DNA of 64,000 nucleotides from an uncultured Gammaproteobacteria bacterium (GTDB lineage: Bacteria; Patescibacteriota; Patescibacteriia; UBA2591; CAYTBZ01). A program made the position numbers and the translations under genes. The stretch spans positions 13,660-77,659 of the forward strand of contig CAYTBZ010000002.1 of assembly GCA_964436275.1 (NCBI GenBank), written 5' to 3'. Below the pieces are notes generated by a model. It made no database searches. It was not told where the DNA came from and was given only the letters and a program-made list of their open reading frames with translations. Positions within the stretch are counted from its first letter, which is position 1; each line of letters starts with the position of its first letter. Below, piece after piece: positions 37,330 through 47,233 of the stretch.

Positions 37330-38376
37330 ATGGACTATTTTCCAGTAATAAAAATTTTATTTTTTTCTGCTTTAGCTTTTGTCATTACTATTGCCTGGAC
37401 ACCCATTTTAACGCATTTTTTATATAAGTATAAATTAGGTAAAAGAATTCGCAATGATGGAACAACTCCGATTTTTTCCAAATTACATCAGAAAAAAGCA
37501 GGCACTCCAACAATGGGTGGATTATTAGTTTGGGTGACTACTCTTATTCTAACACTAATTTTCTTTTTTTTGCCGCAATTTTTCCCTCTTCCTTTATTCA
37601 AAAAATTAAACTTTTTAACTCGTTCGCAGACACTTCTCCCTTTAGGCGCTTTAGTTGCTTCGGCTTTAGTAGGTTTAGTTGATGACATCCTCAATATTCG
37701 GGGTATTGGCGCTAAAGGCGGGGGATTGAGGATTCGACATCGTCTTTTGCTTTATTCTTTGATAGCTTTAATTGGCGCCCTTTGGTTCTACTATAAATTG
37801 GATTGGGATTTAATCCATCTACCCTTTTTAGGAAATTATCAACTTGGTTTTTGGTATATTCCTGTTTTTATCTTTATTATTGTAGCTACAAGTTTTTCCG
37901 TTAATGAAACTGATGGTTTAGATGGGTTAGCTGGTGGTGTTTTACTTTTTTCCTTCGCTGCTTTTGCTGCGATTGCTTATTTAAAAGGTAGGTTCGATTT
38001 GGCTACCTTTTGTGGAGTAATCAGTGGTTCTCTCGCTGCTTTTCTTTGGTTTAATATTTATCCAGCTCGTTTTTTTATGGGAGATACAGGTTCAATGTCT
38101 TTAGGAGTAACCTTGGGTATCGTTGCCTTATTAACAAATTCAGCTTTTCTTTTGCCAATTATTGGTTTGATTTTAGTCCTAGAATCTCTTTCAGTTATTA
38201 TTCAGATATTTTCCAAGAAGTTTTTTAAGAAAAAAGTTTTTCTTTCCTCTCCTCTCCATCATCATTTTGAGGCAAAAGGATGGCCGGAGCCAAAAATAGT
38301 AATGCGTTTTTGGGTTATCTCAGGAATCTCAGGTATTATTGGTTTAATTATCGCTTTATTAGATAAAACTCTTTAG
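37330..38376 (+). CDS. mraY: Phospho-N-acetylmuramoyl-pentapeptide transferase
   Basis: KAGTPTMGGLLVW and DGLDGLAGG motifs, followed by ftsW and murG. Confidence 0.88.
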   Translation: MDYFPVIKILFFSALAFVITIAWTPILTHFLYKYKLGKRIRNDGTTPIFSKLHQKKAGTPTMGGLLVWVTTLILTLIFFFLPQFFPLPLFKKLNFLTRSQTLLPLGALVASALVGLVDDILNIRGIGAKGGGLRIRHRLLLYSLIALIGALWFYYKLDWDLIHLPFLGNYQLGFWYIPVFIFIIVATSFSVNETDGLDGLAGGVLLFSFAAFAAIAYLKGRFDLATFCGVISGSLAAFLWFNIYPARFFMGDTGSMSLGVTLGIVALLTNSAFLLPIIGLILVLESLSVIIQIFSKKFFKKKVFLSSPLHHHFEAKGWPEPKIVMRFWVISGISGIIGLIIALLDKTL

Positions 38377-38397
38377 AAAATTATAATTTTCAATAAT

Positions 38398-39498
38398 ATG
38401 CGTTTTTCTTCTCATGCTCCTGATCGTTTTTTAATCTTCACTATTGGTTCTCTCTTGCTTATTGGCTTGTTTATGCTTGCTTCGGCAAGTCCTATTATTT
38501 CTTACACTAAATTTCACCATCCTTACCATTTTCTTTTCCATCAGATTACCTTTGGTCTTTTGCCGGGAATTTTCCTTTTTTTTATTGGGTATAAAACTGA
38601 TTATCATTTTTGGAGAAAGATTTCCTTCTTTTTTCTTTTATTAACCATTTTCCTTTTGGGAGCAGTTTTTATTCCAGGAATAGGTGCTTCTTTTGGTCGG
38701 GCTAGAAGTTGGATTAAATTAGGTAATTTTTCTTTCCAGCCAAGTGAGTTAGTTAAATTAAGCTTAATTTTCTATTTGTCTGCTCTTCTTTCAAAGACGG
38801 AGAAAAAAATTAAAGATATAAAATATGGTCTATTGCCTTTTCTTTTACTAATAGGTTTAATTTTTTTTCTACTTTATTCTCAACCCGATTTGGGAACTCT
38901 TTCTATTATTATTGCCACCTCTTTAATTATTTATTTTGTCTCCGGTGGAAAATTAACACATATTTTAGGAATAATACTCAGTGGTCTGCTGGTTGTCTCT
39001 TTTTTATTAAAAAAGTCGTCTTATCAAATGATGAGAATTAAAGTGTTTTTAAATCCAGATGCTTATCCTAAATTAAGTTATCATCTTCGTCAGGCTCTTT
39101 TATCTATTGGCTCCGGCGGTCTTTTTGGTTTGGGGTTAGGGGAGTCAAGGGGAAAATTTGCTTATGTGCCCGAAGCATATAGTGATTCTATTTTTTCTGT
39201 GATTGCTGAAGAATTAGGTTTTTTCTTTTCTCTATTCTTAGTTTTTTTATTTGTTTTCTTTGCTCTTCGAGGTCTAAGAATAGCCAAAAGATCACCGGAT
39301 AAATTTGGACAATTGTTAGCAGTAGGAATTGTCTCCTGGATAACTGTTCAAGCATTTGTTAATATTATGTCAATGATTAATTTAGTTCCTATGACCGGAG
39401 TTCCTTTGCCCTTGATAAGTTATGGTGGGTCAGCATTAGCCGTTTCTCTCTTTGCTTTAGGGATTCTTTTAAATCTTTCTAAATATACACGAGAGTAA
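38398..39498 (+). CDS. ftsW: SEDS-family peptidoglycan glycosyltransferase FtsW/RodA
   Basis: 366-aa polytopic protein with a SEDS-like sequence (QPSELVKLSLIFYLS...) between mraY and murG. Confidence 0.8.
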   Translation: MRFSSHAPDRFLIFTIGSLLLIGLFMLASASPIISYTKFHHPYHFLFHQITFGLLPGIFLFFIGYKTDYHFWRKISFFFLLLTIFLLGAVFIPGIGASFGRARSWIKLGNFSFQPSELVKLSLIFYLSALLSKTEKKIKDIKYGLLPFLLLIGLIFFLLYSQPDLGTLSIIIATSLIIYFVSGGKLTHILGIILSGLLVVSFLLKKSSYQMMRIKVFLNPDAYPKLSYHLRQALLSIGSGGLFGLGLGESRGKFAYVPEAYSDSIFSVIAEELGFFFSLFLVFLFVFFALRGLRIAKRSPDKFGQLLAVGIVSWITVQAFVNIMSMINLVPMTGVPLPLISYGGSALAVSLFALGILLNLSKYTRE

Positions 39499-39509
39499 TA
39501 TTTTTTATT

Positions 39510-40586
39510 ATGAAAATAGTTTTTGCTGGAGGAGGGACCTTTGGTTCAGTAATTCCTCTTTTAGCATTAGCAGAAAAAATTAAAGAAGAAACTTCTAAAG
39601 ATTCTTGTGAATTTCTTTGGTTAGGTACAAGAACCGGGCCGGAAAAATTTTTGATTAAAAATTATCAAATAAAATTTCAACCAATTTTTTCCGGAAAGTT
39701 TAGACGTTATTTTAGTTTTAAAAATATTTTAGATATTTTTAAAATTTTTATAGGATTTTTTCAATCTTTCTTTATTCTTCAGAAGTTTAAACCTGATGTT
39801 ATTGTCTCTGCTGGAGGATTTGTATCCTTTCCTGTCGTTATAGCCGGTTGGTGTTTAAAAATTCCCGCTCTTATTCATCAGCAAGATATTGTTCCTAGTT
39901 TAACTAATAAACTTTTATCCCCATTTGCTCAAAAAATAACTGTTGTTTTCGAGAAATCATTAAAGGATTTTCCCAGAAAAAAAACTATTTTAATAGGCAA
40001 CCCAGTGCGTCAAGAGATTTTTCAGGGTAAGAAAGAAAGGGCAATTTCCGGATTCCAATTAGAAAAAGATTTGCCAGTCATTTTGATTATTGGTGGAGGA
40101 ACTGGAGCTTTAAGAATAAATCAATTGGTTGTTCAGTCACTTCCTGAATTGGTTAAGTTTTGTCAGATTATTCATTTGACCGGAGGTAAATTAAAAAAAG
40201 AAGGATTAACTAAGTTTTCCCGTTATCATTCTTATGATTTTTTAACTGATAGAATGAAAGATGCTTTAGCTGCCGCTGATTTAGTTATTAGTCGGGCCGG
40301 TCTTTCTACATTAACCGAACTTTCTTTTTCGGGAAAACCAACTATTCTTATTCCTATTTCTAATTCTCATCAGGAGAAAAACGCCCAATATTTTCAAGAA
40401 AGGGGAGCAGCAGTTGTTTTACCTGAAAAAAATCTTACTCCAGACAAGTTTGTTGAAGAAATAAGAAAGATATTATTTGACCAGTCAAAATTAAATGAAT
40501 TATCAGAAAGGATTAAAACAATGATAAAATCAGGAGCAGAAGATAGAATGATTAAAATTATTTTTTCTTTAATCAAAAATGATTAA
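39510..40586 (+). CDS. murG: UDP-GlcNAc:undecaprenyl-PP-MurNAc-pentapeptide GlcNAc transferase
   Basis: GT28 fold (MKIVFAGGGTFGSVIPLLALA) in the dcw context. Confidence 0.85.
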   Translation: MKIVFAGGGTFGSVIPLLALAEKIKEETSKDSCEFLWLGTRTGPEKFLIKNYQIKFQPIFSGKFRRYFSFKNILDIFKIFIGFFQSFFILQKFKPDVIVSAGGFVSFPVVIAGWCLKIPALIHQQDIVPSLTNKLLSPFAQKITVVFEKSLKDFPRKKTILIGNPVRQEIFQGKKERAISGFQLEKDLPVILIIGGGTGALRINQLVVQSLPELVKFCQIIHLTGGKLKKEGLTKFSRYHSYDFLTDRMKDALAAADLVISRAGLSTLTELSFSGKPTILIPISNSHQEKNAQYFQERGAAVVLPEKNLTPDKFVEEIRKILFDQSKLNELSERIKTMIKSGAEDRMIKIIFSLIKND

Positions 40587-41334
40587 GAAAAAGGATTCAA
40601 GAATCTATTTAGGAACTTCTGGTTGGATTTATGCTCATTGGTCAGGTATTTTTTACCCTTCAGAAATTTCTCAAAATAAATGGTTAGAATATTACACTCA
40701 ATATTTTGATACTGTAGAATTAAATTCTTCTTTTTACCATTTACCAAAAGAAAAGACGTTTATTAACTGGCGAAAAAGGACACCGCCTAATTTTTTATTT
40801 TCCTTAAAAGCAAGTCGTTACATTACCCATATTAAAAAGCTAAGAGAGACAAAAGATGCTTGGAAGAAATTCATTAAAAACGCTCAACTACTTAAAGAAA
40901 AGTTAGGACCTATTCTTTTTCAACTGCCTCCTTATTTAAAGATTGATTTAGAAGTTTTAGAGAAATTTTTAAAAACTCTTCCTCCAAAATATCGATATGT
41001 TTTTGAGCCAAGAAATAAAACCTGGTATTCTCCCTCAGTTTACCAATTATTTAAAAAATTTAATGTTAGTTTATGTATTTCTTCTACCCCGAATTATCCA
41101 TCAGCAGAGGTGATAACTTCAGATTTTCTTTATTTAAGATTACATGGAAGCAAAGAGTTATATAGTTCAAAATACACAACGAAAGAATTAACTTTTTTTG
41201 CTAAAAAAATTAAAAAATGGATAAAAAGTGGCTTGGATGTTTACGTTTATTTCGACAATGATGCTTTCGGTTATGCGGTTGAAAATGCTTTAGAATTAAA
41301 AGGTTTGCTTAAAGATTTTTTTGACCGAAAATAA
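40579..41334 (+). CDS. DUF72 (YecE-like) family protein
   Basis: YLGTSGWIYAHWSGIFYP is the DUF72 signature. Confidence 0.7.
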   Translation: MIKKKDSRIYLGTSGWIYAHWSGIFYPSEISQNKWLEYYTQYFDTVELNSSFYHLPKEKTFINWRKRTPPNFLFSLKASRYITHIKKLRETKDAWKKFIKNAQLLKEKLGPILFQLPPYLKIDLEVLEKFLKTLPPKYRYVFEPRNKTWYSPSVYQLFKKFNVSLCISSTPNYPSAEVITSDFLYLRLHGSKELYSSKYTTKELTFFAKKIKKWIKSGLDVYVYFDNDAFGYAVENALELKGLLKDFFDRK

Positions 41335-41361
41335 TTTTTTTGTTATTCTAAAATTGGATTT

Positions 41362-42399
41362 ATGGGAAAAACAAAATTTTTTTGGCCAATCATTGGTCAT
41401 AAAAATATTATAAATTATTTAGAAAGTTCTCTAAAAAGAGGAAGGTTAAGTCATGCTTATTTATTCACTGGTCCTTCAGGAGTAGGGAAGACAATTGTGG
41501 CTAATTATTTTATCAAATCTCTTTTTTGCTTAAATAAAGAAAAGATTCCTTGTGAAAGATGTTTGTCTTGTCAGCAAATAGAGAAAGGAATTCACCCTGA
41601 TGTGATTTATTTAAAAAAAGAAAAAGAAAGAAAAGATATTACTATTGGTCAAATTCGTCAATTACAAAAATTTCTTTCTTTATCTCGATTATCTGGTAGC
41701 TATAAAGTTGCTTTAATTCAAGAGGCAGAACTTCTAAATAAAGAGGCAGCAAATTCTTTGTTAAAAACTATTGAAGAGCCAGCAGAAAAAGTGATAATTA
41801 TTTTAATCACCCAAGACATACATCGGATTGTTCCTACAATTGTCTCTCGTTGTCAAGTTATTCGTTTTTATCCCGTTTCTTCAAAAGAAATAGTTAAATT
41901 TTTAGAGAAAAAATATTCTTTAAAAAAGGGAGAGGCAGTCAATTTAGCTAATTTTTCTGGGGGGAGACCGGGGAAAATTATTTCTCTTTTAAATGAAGAA
42001 AGTGATTTTAAAAACTATCAAGAATTAATTGGCAGTTTTCTCAATCTTTTTGAAGAAGATTTGAGAGGACGATTAAAAACGATAAAAGAAATCAGAAGAA
42101 AAGATTTTCTTAATTCTAAGGAAATAAGCAGCCAATTTTTAGAAAAGCAGACCTTTTTTAAAGAAACAGTATCTTTTCTTATAGAGATAATTCGTGATTT
42201 AATTTTAATAAAACTGGATTTATCTTCTTTGCTAAAAAATTATTTTCTTAAAAGCAGATTGAAAAAAGTGGCTGAAAGCTATTCTTTAAAAGGTCTTATT
42301 AACTTACTAAGAGAGACCGAAAAGACAGGAGAATATTTAGAAATGAATGTTAATCCATCCTTGGCAATAGAAAATTTATTACTTAATTTTCAAAAATGA
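41362..42399 (+). CDS. holB: DNA polymerase III delta-prime subunit-like AAA+ clamp-loader protein
   Basis: GPSGVGKT Walker A, a CxxC..C module and the SRCQ sensor. 345 aa. Confidence 0.6.
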   Translation: MGKTKFFWPIIGHKNIINYLESSLKRGRLSHAYLFTGPSGVGKTIVANYFIKSLFCLNKEKIPCERCLSCQQIEKGIHPDVIYLKKEKERKDITIGQIRQLQKFLSLSRLSGSYKVALIQEAELLNKEAANSLLKTIEEPAEKVIIILITQDIHRIVPTIVSRCQVIRFYPVSSKEIVKFLEKKYSLKKGEAVNLANFSGGRPGKIISLLNEESDFKNYQELIGSFLNLFEEDLRGRLKTIKEIRRKDFLNSKEISSQFLEKQTFFKETVSFLIEIIRDLILIKLDLSSLLKNYFLKSRLKKVAESYSLKGLINLLRETEKTGEYLEMNVNPSLAIENLLLNFQK

Positions 42400-43475
42400 A
42401 AAAAAATTTACTTTTATTTATCAGTTTTCTTTTAATTCTTCCTCTAATCGGAGGGAGTTGTTTGGAAATTAAGATAAGAACGGGTAAAGCCGATGGAGGG
42501 GTATTTAAATCAGTAGATAAGGGAGAAACTTGGGAGCAAAAGGTTTTTGTTCGTCAGATAAAAAAGAAGAAAGTAGAAACTATTGGTTATGTTAATGTTT
42601 ATAAATTACGTTTTGACCCACAAAATAGCCAGACAGTTTACTTAGCCAGTCGTGAGGACGGACTTTATGTTACTTACAATGGCGGCGATAAATGGTATTA
42701 TCTTTCTCCTTTTAAAGGAAGAATAGATGATGTAGTTGTCCATCCTAAAAGTCGTAATATTATTTATCTTGCCCGAGGAAACAAAATTTATAAAACTACT
42801 AATGGAGGCGAAAGTTGGGGTAATGTTTATTTAGAATCATTGCCTAATCGGAGGATAAATTGTTTAGCAATTGATTCTTATGATCCAAAGAAGGTTTATG
42901 CTGGTATTTCTGATGGAAGATTGATTAGAAGTGTTGATGCTGGAGAAAGTTGGGAGGCCATTGCTAATTTTAAAGATAATATCGCTCAAATTTTGATTAA
43001 TAAAAATGATACGAGGATTATTTATGTAGCCACCTCTTCTACTGGAATATATAGAACAGCCGATAGAGGGAACACATGGCAAAATATAACCGTCAATGAC
43101 AAACGAGAAGATTTAAGGGAATTTCCCGGTATAAGAGAATTTAGAGCAGCTGTCTTTGATCAAACTAAATTTGATTCTTTAGTAATTGCTACCCGTTATG
43201 GTTTGTTAAGAACAGATAATGGAGGGAAAAGTTGGCAGGCATATAAATTACTTACCTTACCCGGAACAATATTAATTAATTCTTTAGCGGTTAATCCTAA
43301 AAATAATCAAGAAATTTACTATATTACTAATCACACTCTTTTTAAAACTGATGATGGAGGAGAAAATTGGGTAACTCGTGCTTTACCTACTTCAAGAATT
43401 GGTTGTGCCTTACTTGTTAATCCAGAACACCCTCAAATTCTTTTCTTAGGAGTGTATAAACCTAAAAAGAAATAA
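42396..43475 (+). CDS. BNR/Asp-box repeat beta-propeller lipoprotein
   Basis: Seven S/TxDxGxxW repeats (SVDKGETW, TYNGGDKW, TTNGGESW, SVDAGESW, TADRGNTW, TDNGGKSW, TDDGGENW). Signal peptide with a GGSC lipobox-like site. Confidence 0.7.
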   Translation: MKKNLLLFISFLLILPLIGGSCLEIKIRTGKADGGVFKSVDKGETWEQKVFVRQIKKKKVETIGYVNVYKLRFDPQNSQTVYLASREDGLYVTYNGGDKWYYLSPFKGRIDDVVVHPKSRNIIYLARGNKIYKTTNGGESWGNVYLESLPNRRINCLAIDSYDPKKVYAGISDGRLIRSVDAGESWEAIANFKDNIAQILINKNDTRIIYVATSSTGIYRTADRGNTWQNITVNDKREDLREFPGIREFRAAVFDQTKFDSLVIATRYGLLRTDNGGKSWQAYKLLTLPGTILINSLAVNPKNNQEIYYITNHTLFKTDDGGENWVTRALPTSRIGCALLVNPEHPQILFLGVYKPKKK

Positions 43476-43496
43476 TTTATTATTAATAAAATATTT

Positions 43497-44507
43497 ATGG
43501 CAATAAGAATTGCTGTTAATGGCTTTGGCCGTATAGGCCGTCAAACAGTTAATATCATTTTTAATAAGCATCCTGAATTAGAATTAGTAGCTATTAACGA
43601 TTTAACTGATAACCAAACGCTGGCTCATTTATTTAAATATGATTCTCTTTATGGTCGTTATCCCGGAGAAGTGAGGGCAGAAAAGGATTATTTAATCATT
43701 GATGGTAAAAAGATTTTTGCTTTGTCAGAACGGGAACCAAGCAAATTACCTTGGAAAAAATTAGGCGTAGAAATAGTCATTGAAAGTACTGGTGTTTTTC
43801 GCACTTATGAACTTGCTCATCAGCACATTGAAGCAGGAGCAAAAAAAGTTATTATTTCCGCGCCGGGTAAGGGAAAAAGAGAAATTCCTGTTTTTGTTTT
43901 AGGGGTTAATGAGGATAAATATCGTCCTGAAGATATGGATGTGATTTGTATGGCTTCCTGCACAACTAATTGTTTAGCACCTATCTTAAAGGTTTTGATG
44001 GAAGAATTTGGTATAGAAAGGGCTTTTATGAGTACAGTTCATAGTTATACTAATGACCAGAAGTTATTAGACCTTCCTCATCATGATTTAAGACGGGCAA
44101 GAGCGGCTGCTCTCTCTATTATTCCAACAACAACCGGAGCAGCTACTGCAGCAGCCAAGACACTTCCTGAATTGTTGGGTAAAATAGATGGTATCTCTTT
44201 ACGGGTGCCTACCCCAGTAGTTTCCATTGTTGATTTAACTGTTCTCTTAAAAAGAGAAACGACAAAAGAAGAAGTAAATGATTGTTTTAAAAGAGCAGAA
44301 AAAGGGAAGTTAAAAGGAATTTTAGGAACATCAGAGGTCCCTCTTGTTTCAGTAGATTATCGCAAAGATCCTCGTTCTTCAATTGTTGACTTATCCTTAA
44401 CGATGGTTAATAAAAATCTAGTTAAAATTTGTTCTTGGTATGATAATGAATGGGGTTATTCTAATCGCTTGGCTGAATTTACCTCTTTTGTTGGCAAGAA
44501 ATTATAA
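43497..44507 (+). CDS. gap: Glyceraldehyde-3-phosphate dehydrogenase
   Basis: NGFGRIGR and SCTTNCLAP. Confidence 0.93.
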   Translation: MAIRIAVNGFGRIGRQTVNIIFNKHPELELVAINDLTDNQTLAHLFKYDSLYGRYPGEVRAEKDYLIIDGKKIFALSEREPSKLPWKKLGVEIVIESTGVFRTYELAHQHIEAGAKKVIISAPGKGKREIPVFVLGVNEDKYRPEDMDVICMASCTTNCLAPILKVLMEEFGIERAFMSTVHSYTNDQKLLDLPHHDLRRARAAALSIIPTTTGAATAAAKTLPELLGKIDGISLRVPTPVVSIVDLTVLLKRETTKEEVNDCFKRAEKGKLKGILGTSEVPLVSVDYRKDPRSSIVDLSLTMVNKNLVKICSWYDNEWGYSNRLAEFTSFVGKKL

Positions 44508-44534
44508 AAATAGTTATTCTGGTAAAAAATAATA

Positions 44535-44576
44535 AACCCCTATCATAGATAGGGGTTTTTGTTTTTAATTTTTTTT
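44535..44576. terminator. Bidirectional terminator AACCCCTAT-catag-ATAGGGGTT followed by T-runs
   Basis: 9-bp stem after gap. Shared with the convergent small ORF. Confidence 0.7.
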
Positions 44577-44699
44577 GCTCGCTTGCTTAGGGGGTTTACT
44601 AAGAGAAAAGAGTAGAATTATAAGAGAGAACCCACTAACACTTATAGCAACGCTTAAGCCAGTCACTATAGCCAGACCTTTAATTCCTGTTAAAATCAT
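44565..44699 (-). CDS. 44-aa hydrophobic small protein (unannotated), strongly expressed by prediction
   Basis: MILTGIKGLAIVTGLSVAISVSGFSLIILLFSLSKPPKQASKKN. RBS GGAGG 5 nt upstream of the ATG, plus a consensus promoter. Confidence 0.5.
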   Translation of the reverse strand: MILTGIKGLAIVTGLSVAISVSGFSLIILLFSLSKPPKQASKKN

Positions 44700-44726
44700 C
44701 TTTTCCTCCTTCTCTAAGTTTATTTT

Positions 44727-44755
44727 ATTATAACATAAAATTATTTTAATGTCAA
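44727..44755 (-). promoter_or_regulatory. Consensus sigma70 promoter TTGACA-17-TATAAT (minus strand) for the 44-aa ORF
   Basis: The reverse complement reads TTGACA ttaaaataattttatgt TATAAT. -35 at 44750-44755 and -10 at 44727-44732. Confidence 0.6.
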
Positions 44756-44772
44756 GAGAGAATCTAACTCAT

Positions 44773-44803
44773 TAAAAAAATCCCGTCATTGACGGGATTT
44801 TAA
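44773..44803 (-). terminator. Terminator ATCCCGTC-att-GACGGGAT with flanking A/T runs, downstream of the minus-strand lipoprotein gene
   Basis: Perfect 8-bp stem. Confidence 0.65.
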
Positions 44804-44804
44804 T

Positions 44805-45188
44805 TTAATTGTTTTCTTCAGAAGGCGGATAAACAGGTACAGGCAGGGTATAATCAGCAATAACAGTAACTTTTTTTATCTCACTATAATAAATATGAGT
44901 TTCTGTCCTTAAACTATCAATAATAATTTTTTTCTCTAATATCTGGTATTCGTATTCTTTTCCTCCTTGCCCTTGAATAGTGCAGGGAAGATGATAAATA
45001 TCGCCCTGAAAGAGAATTTTTAAAGAGTCATATTCAGAATAATGGACTGGATAGAAATATAACCAACCAGGACTATCATCAAACAACCAAGGCGGATATG
45101 GTTCACCTTGTTGCTCGCAGCCAAGAAGAAATAGAAGTGATATCAGGAAAATTATTGATAAAAGAACGACAAAAAAATGTTTTTTCAT
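44805..45188 (-). CDS. Hypothetical lipoprotein
   Basis: Signal peptide with an LLGC lipobox. RBS AGGAGGG. Confidence 0.55.
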   Translation of the reverse strand: MKKHFFVVLLSIIFLISLLFLLGCEQQGEPYPPWLFDDSPGWLYFYPVHYSEYDSLKILFQGDIYHLPCTIQGQGGKEYEYQILEKKIIIDSLRTETHIYYSEIKKVTVIADYTLPVPVYPPSEENN

Positions 45189-45325
45189 TTTTCCCTCCTA
45201 TTTTTTGGAGTTATATATTAATAAAATATAAGAAAAAGTCAAGTCCAATTATTTGGCAGTGGGCTTAGTTAGTGATAGGTATCATAGTTTATATTATTCA
45301 AAAGGGTGCGAGCGTTTAAAAATTT

Positions 45326-45334
45326 TGTTATAAT
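45326..45334 (+). promoter_or_regulatory. Extended -10 TGTTATAAT placed 7 nt before the argS ATG (leaderless)
   Basis: TGTTATAAT at 45326-45334 and the ATG at 45342. No SD sequence. Confidence 0.45.
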
Positions 45335-45341
45335 TAAAACG

Positions 45342-47210
45342 ATGGCTTATCAAACAGAGAAAATTATTTATACTCTTTCCCAAGATATAAAGAAAATAGT
45401 AGAAACTTTTTATCCTAATTATTCTTGGGAGGATTTTGATTTTTCTTTGACTCAGCCGCCAAGAAAAGAGATGGGGGACTTTTCTTTTGCTTGTTTTAAT
45501 TTGGCTCAAAGAGTAGGGGGAAAACCTGAAGAGATTGCCAGAGTTTTGGCTGAAAAAATTAAGTCATCAAAATTTTTAGAAAGAGTTAATAACGTAGGTC
45601 CTTATTTAAATTTATTTTTAAAAAGGAATATTTTCTTTTCTTTTCTCCTTAAAGATATTTTAAGAAATGGGGAAAGTTATGGGAAAATAAAACTTGGTCA
45701 AGAAAAAATAATGGTTGAATATTCTTCTCCGAATACTAATAAGCCACTTCATTTAGGTCATTTACGAAACGATGTTTTAGGTATGGCTATAAGTAATTTA
45801 TTGGAGAACAGAGGATATAAAGTTATTCGAGCGAATTTAATTAATGACCGTGGAATTCATTTAGGCAAAGTAATGGTCGCCTATCAAATGGCTAAAGAAA
45901 AGAAATGGTTGAGAGCAAGTAAATTATTAGAGCAGAAAATAAAAGGCGACCACTTAGTCGGTAACCTATATGTATTTTTTGAAAAAAAATTAAACGAAGA
46001 GAAGAAAAAATTTTTAAAGAATAAAGGGATTATTTGGGATAAATTAACTAAGACAGAGAAAAAGGAAGTGGAATTAGAGTTCTTTAAAGAATCAAAACTT
46101 TATCAAAAAGCGCAGGAAATGTTAGATAAATGGGAAAAAGGAGACAAAAAAATAAGAAATTTAGCAAAAAAAATCAACCAACTTGCCTTATCTGGCTTAA
46201 AAGAAACTTACCAGAGAACAAAAACTAAGTTTGATAAATGGTATTTTGAAAGCAAAATTTATCAATTAGGTAAAAAAATAATTTACCAGGCATTAAAGAA
46301 AGGGTTATGTTATAAGAATGAAGAGGGAGCAATAGAGATTGATTTAGAAAAATATAATTTGGGAAAGAAAATTCTTGTTCGAAAAGACGGTACCTCGGTC
46401 TATATCACCCAAGACATTGGCTTGGCTAAGAAGAAATTTGATGATTACAATTTGACAAAGTCAATTTATATTGTAGCTAACGAGCAGGACTATCATTTTA
46501 AATTATTATTTAAAATTTTAGAAATTCTAGGTTATTCCTTTGCTAAAAAATGTTATCATCTTTCCTATGGAATGGTTTATTTGCCTGAAGGGAAAATGAA
46601 GTCCCGGGAAGGGAAAGTGGTTGAGGCTGACGAATTGTTGGATAAAATGCACAATTTAGCCAAAAGAGAAATTTTGAAAAGAGAGCAAAAAATTTCTTCT
46701 CAAGAATTAGAAAAAAGAGCAGAAAAAATTGGTCAGGCAGCAATTAAATTTTACTTATTGAATGTTTCTCCTAGTCAAGATATTTTTTTCCTTCCGGAAA
46801 AGTCAATTTCCTTTGACGGGGATAGCGGGCCATATCTTCAATATACTTTTGCTCGAATTAAAAGTATTTTTAGAAAGGGTAAAATAAAAAATTCATTCTT
46901 TTCTTCTCCTATTAAGAAAAATAAATTAAACAAAATAAGTTTAAAAGAGGAAGAATGGGAATTGACTAAATTGATTTACTCTTTTCCCGAGGTAGTAAGA
47001 AAGGCAGCAGATAATTATGCACCAAATTTAGTTACTGAATATCTTTTAAAATTAGCCGCCTGTTTTAACCGATTTTATCAAAAATATCCTGTTTTAAAAG
47101 CGCCTAATCAAGAAGAAAGAGAAATACGTCTTTATTTGATTAAGGGTGTAGAAATTGTTTTAAAAAGGAGTTTTCAATTACTTAATATTGACCTTTGTTC
47201 TAAAATGTGA
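45342..47210 (+). CDS. argS: Arginyl-tRNA synthetase
   Basis: HIGH-type motif PLHLGHLRN. The ORF-track start at 45306 was trimmed to MAYQTEKII. Confidence 0.85.
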   Translation: MAYQTEKIIYTLSQDIKKIVETFYPNYSWEDFDFSLTQPPRKEMGDFSFACFNLAQRVGGKPEEIARVLAEKIKSSKFLERVNNVGPYLNLFLKRNIFFSFLLKDILRNGESYGKIKLGQEKIMVEYSSPNTNKPLHLGHLRNDVLGMAISNLLENRGYKVIRANLINDRGIHLGKVMVAYQMAKEKKWLRASKLLEQKIKGDHLVGNLYVFFEKKLNEEKKKFLKNKGIIWDKLTKTEKKEVELEFFKESKLYQKAQEMLDKWEKGDKKIRNLAKKINQLALSGLKETYQRTKTKFDKWYFESKIYQLGKKIIYQALKKGLCYKNEEGAIEIDLEKYNLGKKILVRKDGTSVYITQDIGLAKKKFDDYNLTKSIYIVANEQDYHFKLLFKILEILGYSFAKKCYHLSYGMVYLPEGKMKSREGKVVEADELLDKMHNLAKREILKREQKISSQELEKRAEKIGQAAIKFYLLNVSPSQDIFFLPEKSISFDGDSGPYLQYTFARIKSIFRKGKIKNSFFSSPIKKNKLNKISLKEEEWELTKLIYSFPEVVRKAADNYAPNLVTEYLLKLAACFNRFYQKYPVLKAPNQEEREIRLYLIKGVEIVLKRSFQLLNIDLCSKM

Positions 47211-47233
47211 TATAATTAAATGATTTAAAAACT

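Noticed and set aside
38444-38644. 66-aa ORF in an alternative frame inside ftsW, and the many other 60-120-aa antisense or out-of-frame ORFs listed inside fusA, tuf, secY, gyrB and elsewhere
   Set aside because: They are fully embedded in well-supported conserved genes and are typical spurious AT-rich open frames.
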